DNA of 64,000 nt from assembly GCF_964213995.1 (NCBI RefSeq), contig NW_027590190.1, forward strand, positions 248,001 through 312,000. Direction: 5' to 3'. A program made the translations under genes and the position numbers. Of this stretch, positions 62,170 to 64,000 are shown piece by piece. The DNA is from Mustelus asterias (Eukaryota). How positions within the stretch are numbered: the first letter of the stretch is position 1; each line of letters opens with the position of its first letter. The notes beneath the pieces were generated by a model. The model was not told the DNA's origin. It saw only the letters and a list, made by a program, of their open reading frames with translations, and did not search any database.

Positions 62170-62780
62170 ATTCATGTTAATTTCTTTGGAAGGGCTCTCC
62201 CTCTCCCCTGTCTCCTTCCATCCTCACCTCCAGTAACAAGTGTGAGGAGCTCATGGAGCTTCTTTGTCACTCAGATTGAGACAAATTGATCAACTACCTC
62301 TGCTGCTTCCCTTCCTTCCATTAGCCCATTGAGCCAGACTTTATAGAAAGTTCCTCATCCAAGTCCTAACCCCAGGTTTCTCCAGTTTCTATCCTATATC
62401 TCACTTATGCCCTCTCAGAGCACATACTGTCTTCTGTTGTATTGACCCTATTCCCACTAAACCACCGAGCACCCACCTTTCCCGTGTTAGCTGATACTGT
62501 TTGCAGCTCTCAATCTCTTTTAATCTCTTTTAATTCTGTCCCTCCTCCCTTCAAATTCACCACCATCACCCATCCTAAAAAATCAATCTGTGACCACACC
62601 GTTCTCGCCAACAACCGCTCCATCTCATATCACTTTTCTCTCCCAAGTCCCTGAACTCGGAGTCCCTCTGGGATCTATCCATGGCCCCTCCTATCTCTCA
62701 TCTACATGCTGCCACTATGTTATATCATTCAAAAGCACCGTGTTTGTTTTCACATGCACACTGGCAATGCCCAGTTCTAT
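62170..62780 (+). mobile_element. Decayed L2-type LINE remnant
   Basis: Pyrimidine-rich; ANNRSIS and GVPLGSIHGP motifs. Confidence 0.55.
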
Positions 62781-63019
62781 CATAGAGTCCATGCAGTGCA
62801 GAAGGAGGCCATTTGGCCCATCGAGTCTGCACCAACTCTGAGAGAGCATTTTATCAAAATTCATTGATTGTGACAAGGCAAGTTGACAAAGCTGTTTTTT
62901 TAAAAAAGCTAATGGGGTCCTCAGTTTATGAATGGAGGTATGGAGTGCAAAGCAGGGAGTTATCCTGAATCTTTATAAATTACTGATTACCCAGCAGTGA
63001 GGAAAATTGATCAGGTACA

Positions 63020-63250
63020 CCCTGCATACAAAAAGCAGGACAAATGCTACCCGGCCAATTATTGGTGCATTCAACCTCCCTTGATCATCAGTAAAGTGAT
63101 GAAAGGGGATATCTGCTGTTAAGTGGCACTTGCTTCAGAAGAAACTACTCACTGATGGTCAGTTTGGGTTCTGCAAGGGTCACTGAGTTCCTGACCTCAT
63201 TACAGCCTTGGTTCAAACATGGAGAAAAGAGCTGAACTGCCTCATAGAGG
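63020..63250 (+). mobile_element. Decayed LINE RT remnant (CR1/L2 group)
   Basis: KKQDKCYPANY and QFGFCKGH motifs. Confidence 0.5.
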
Positions 63251-64000
63251 TGAAAGTACCTTATTGTATCAGCTGATGTTACTACTGGCAATGTCAGATT
63301 CCAGGATGGAAGATGGCTTGATAGATCCTCACTATTATTTTGTTTAGATAGCTGGATGAGCAGACAGAGATTTTTGGTAAACTTTTATTAAACAAGAAAA
63401 CATTAAGTAGAATTAACTCTCCTTCACCCCAGCAATACCTTGACAGATATAAACAGATTTCTACCATTACACAAGTTACAAACTTTATCTTACACTCAAA
63501 TATTCTCAGTAAGTTCACAGTCCATGCAAACCAATCGGTGAAATGTGGCCAGACACCCCACACTCTGAAACCAAGTGACAGATGTCACCGAATACAACTT
63601 CTCTGGATTTCTCATCATTTCCCCAGATTGGTTGTCAAACTGTGAGCCAACTGATCTCACTGAAATTCTGTCTTCCACATGAGCATTTCCAATCCCACAC
63701 TCTCGAAGATGACACTTTGGAATCTTCTCCTATACAATTCTTTCTATTGGATGCCTTCACCAAGGATCCACCGCCAGGATTTCAACTTCTTTCTGTATTC
63801 GTCTGGCCTCGATCTCCATGTGCATTCAAGCTTCCAAACAATCTCTCAGGTACCCAACCACGCTAACAGAACACACTTGTTTCACAGGCTAGATTCAGGT
63901 GTCAGCAACTTTTTGATCACCTCGGATCCCAAAAGGCCAGTATACAGGAACAGCAAGTAATTAGGAAAGCTCATAGAATGTTATTGTTCATAGTGAGGGG

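Overview
Vertebrate genomic DNA, very probably from a cartilaginous fish (shark), judged from HE1-like V-SINEs, abundant CR1 LINEs and Penelope-like elements. The window is a tandem cluster of about 11 short C2H2 zinc-finger genes and pseudogenes, plus at least 5 decayed remnants. The finger arrays are uninterrupted by introns and no KRAB, SCAN or BTB domain is visible. The copies share CpG promoter modules (often between divergent pairs), a mini-exon/acceptor module and a 3' UTR module. They sit among nested mobile elements: CR1, L2, RTE, Rex1-like tails, Penelope elements with hammerhead-like termini, a GalEa-like Copia remnant, two retroviral remnants and SINEs. The best candidate for something undescribed is a 376-bp retroposed element (22676-23051, minus strand). 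It carries three U2 snRNA 5' fragments, a hairpin-rich body and an A-tail, is flanked by an exact 18-bp target-site duplication, and has an empty paralogous site in the window. The second is an orphan zinc-finger array fused to a LINE 3' tail (43717-44469). Family names come from recalled motifs, not database searches, and repeat boundaries are approximate.
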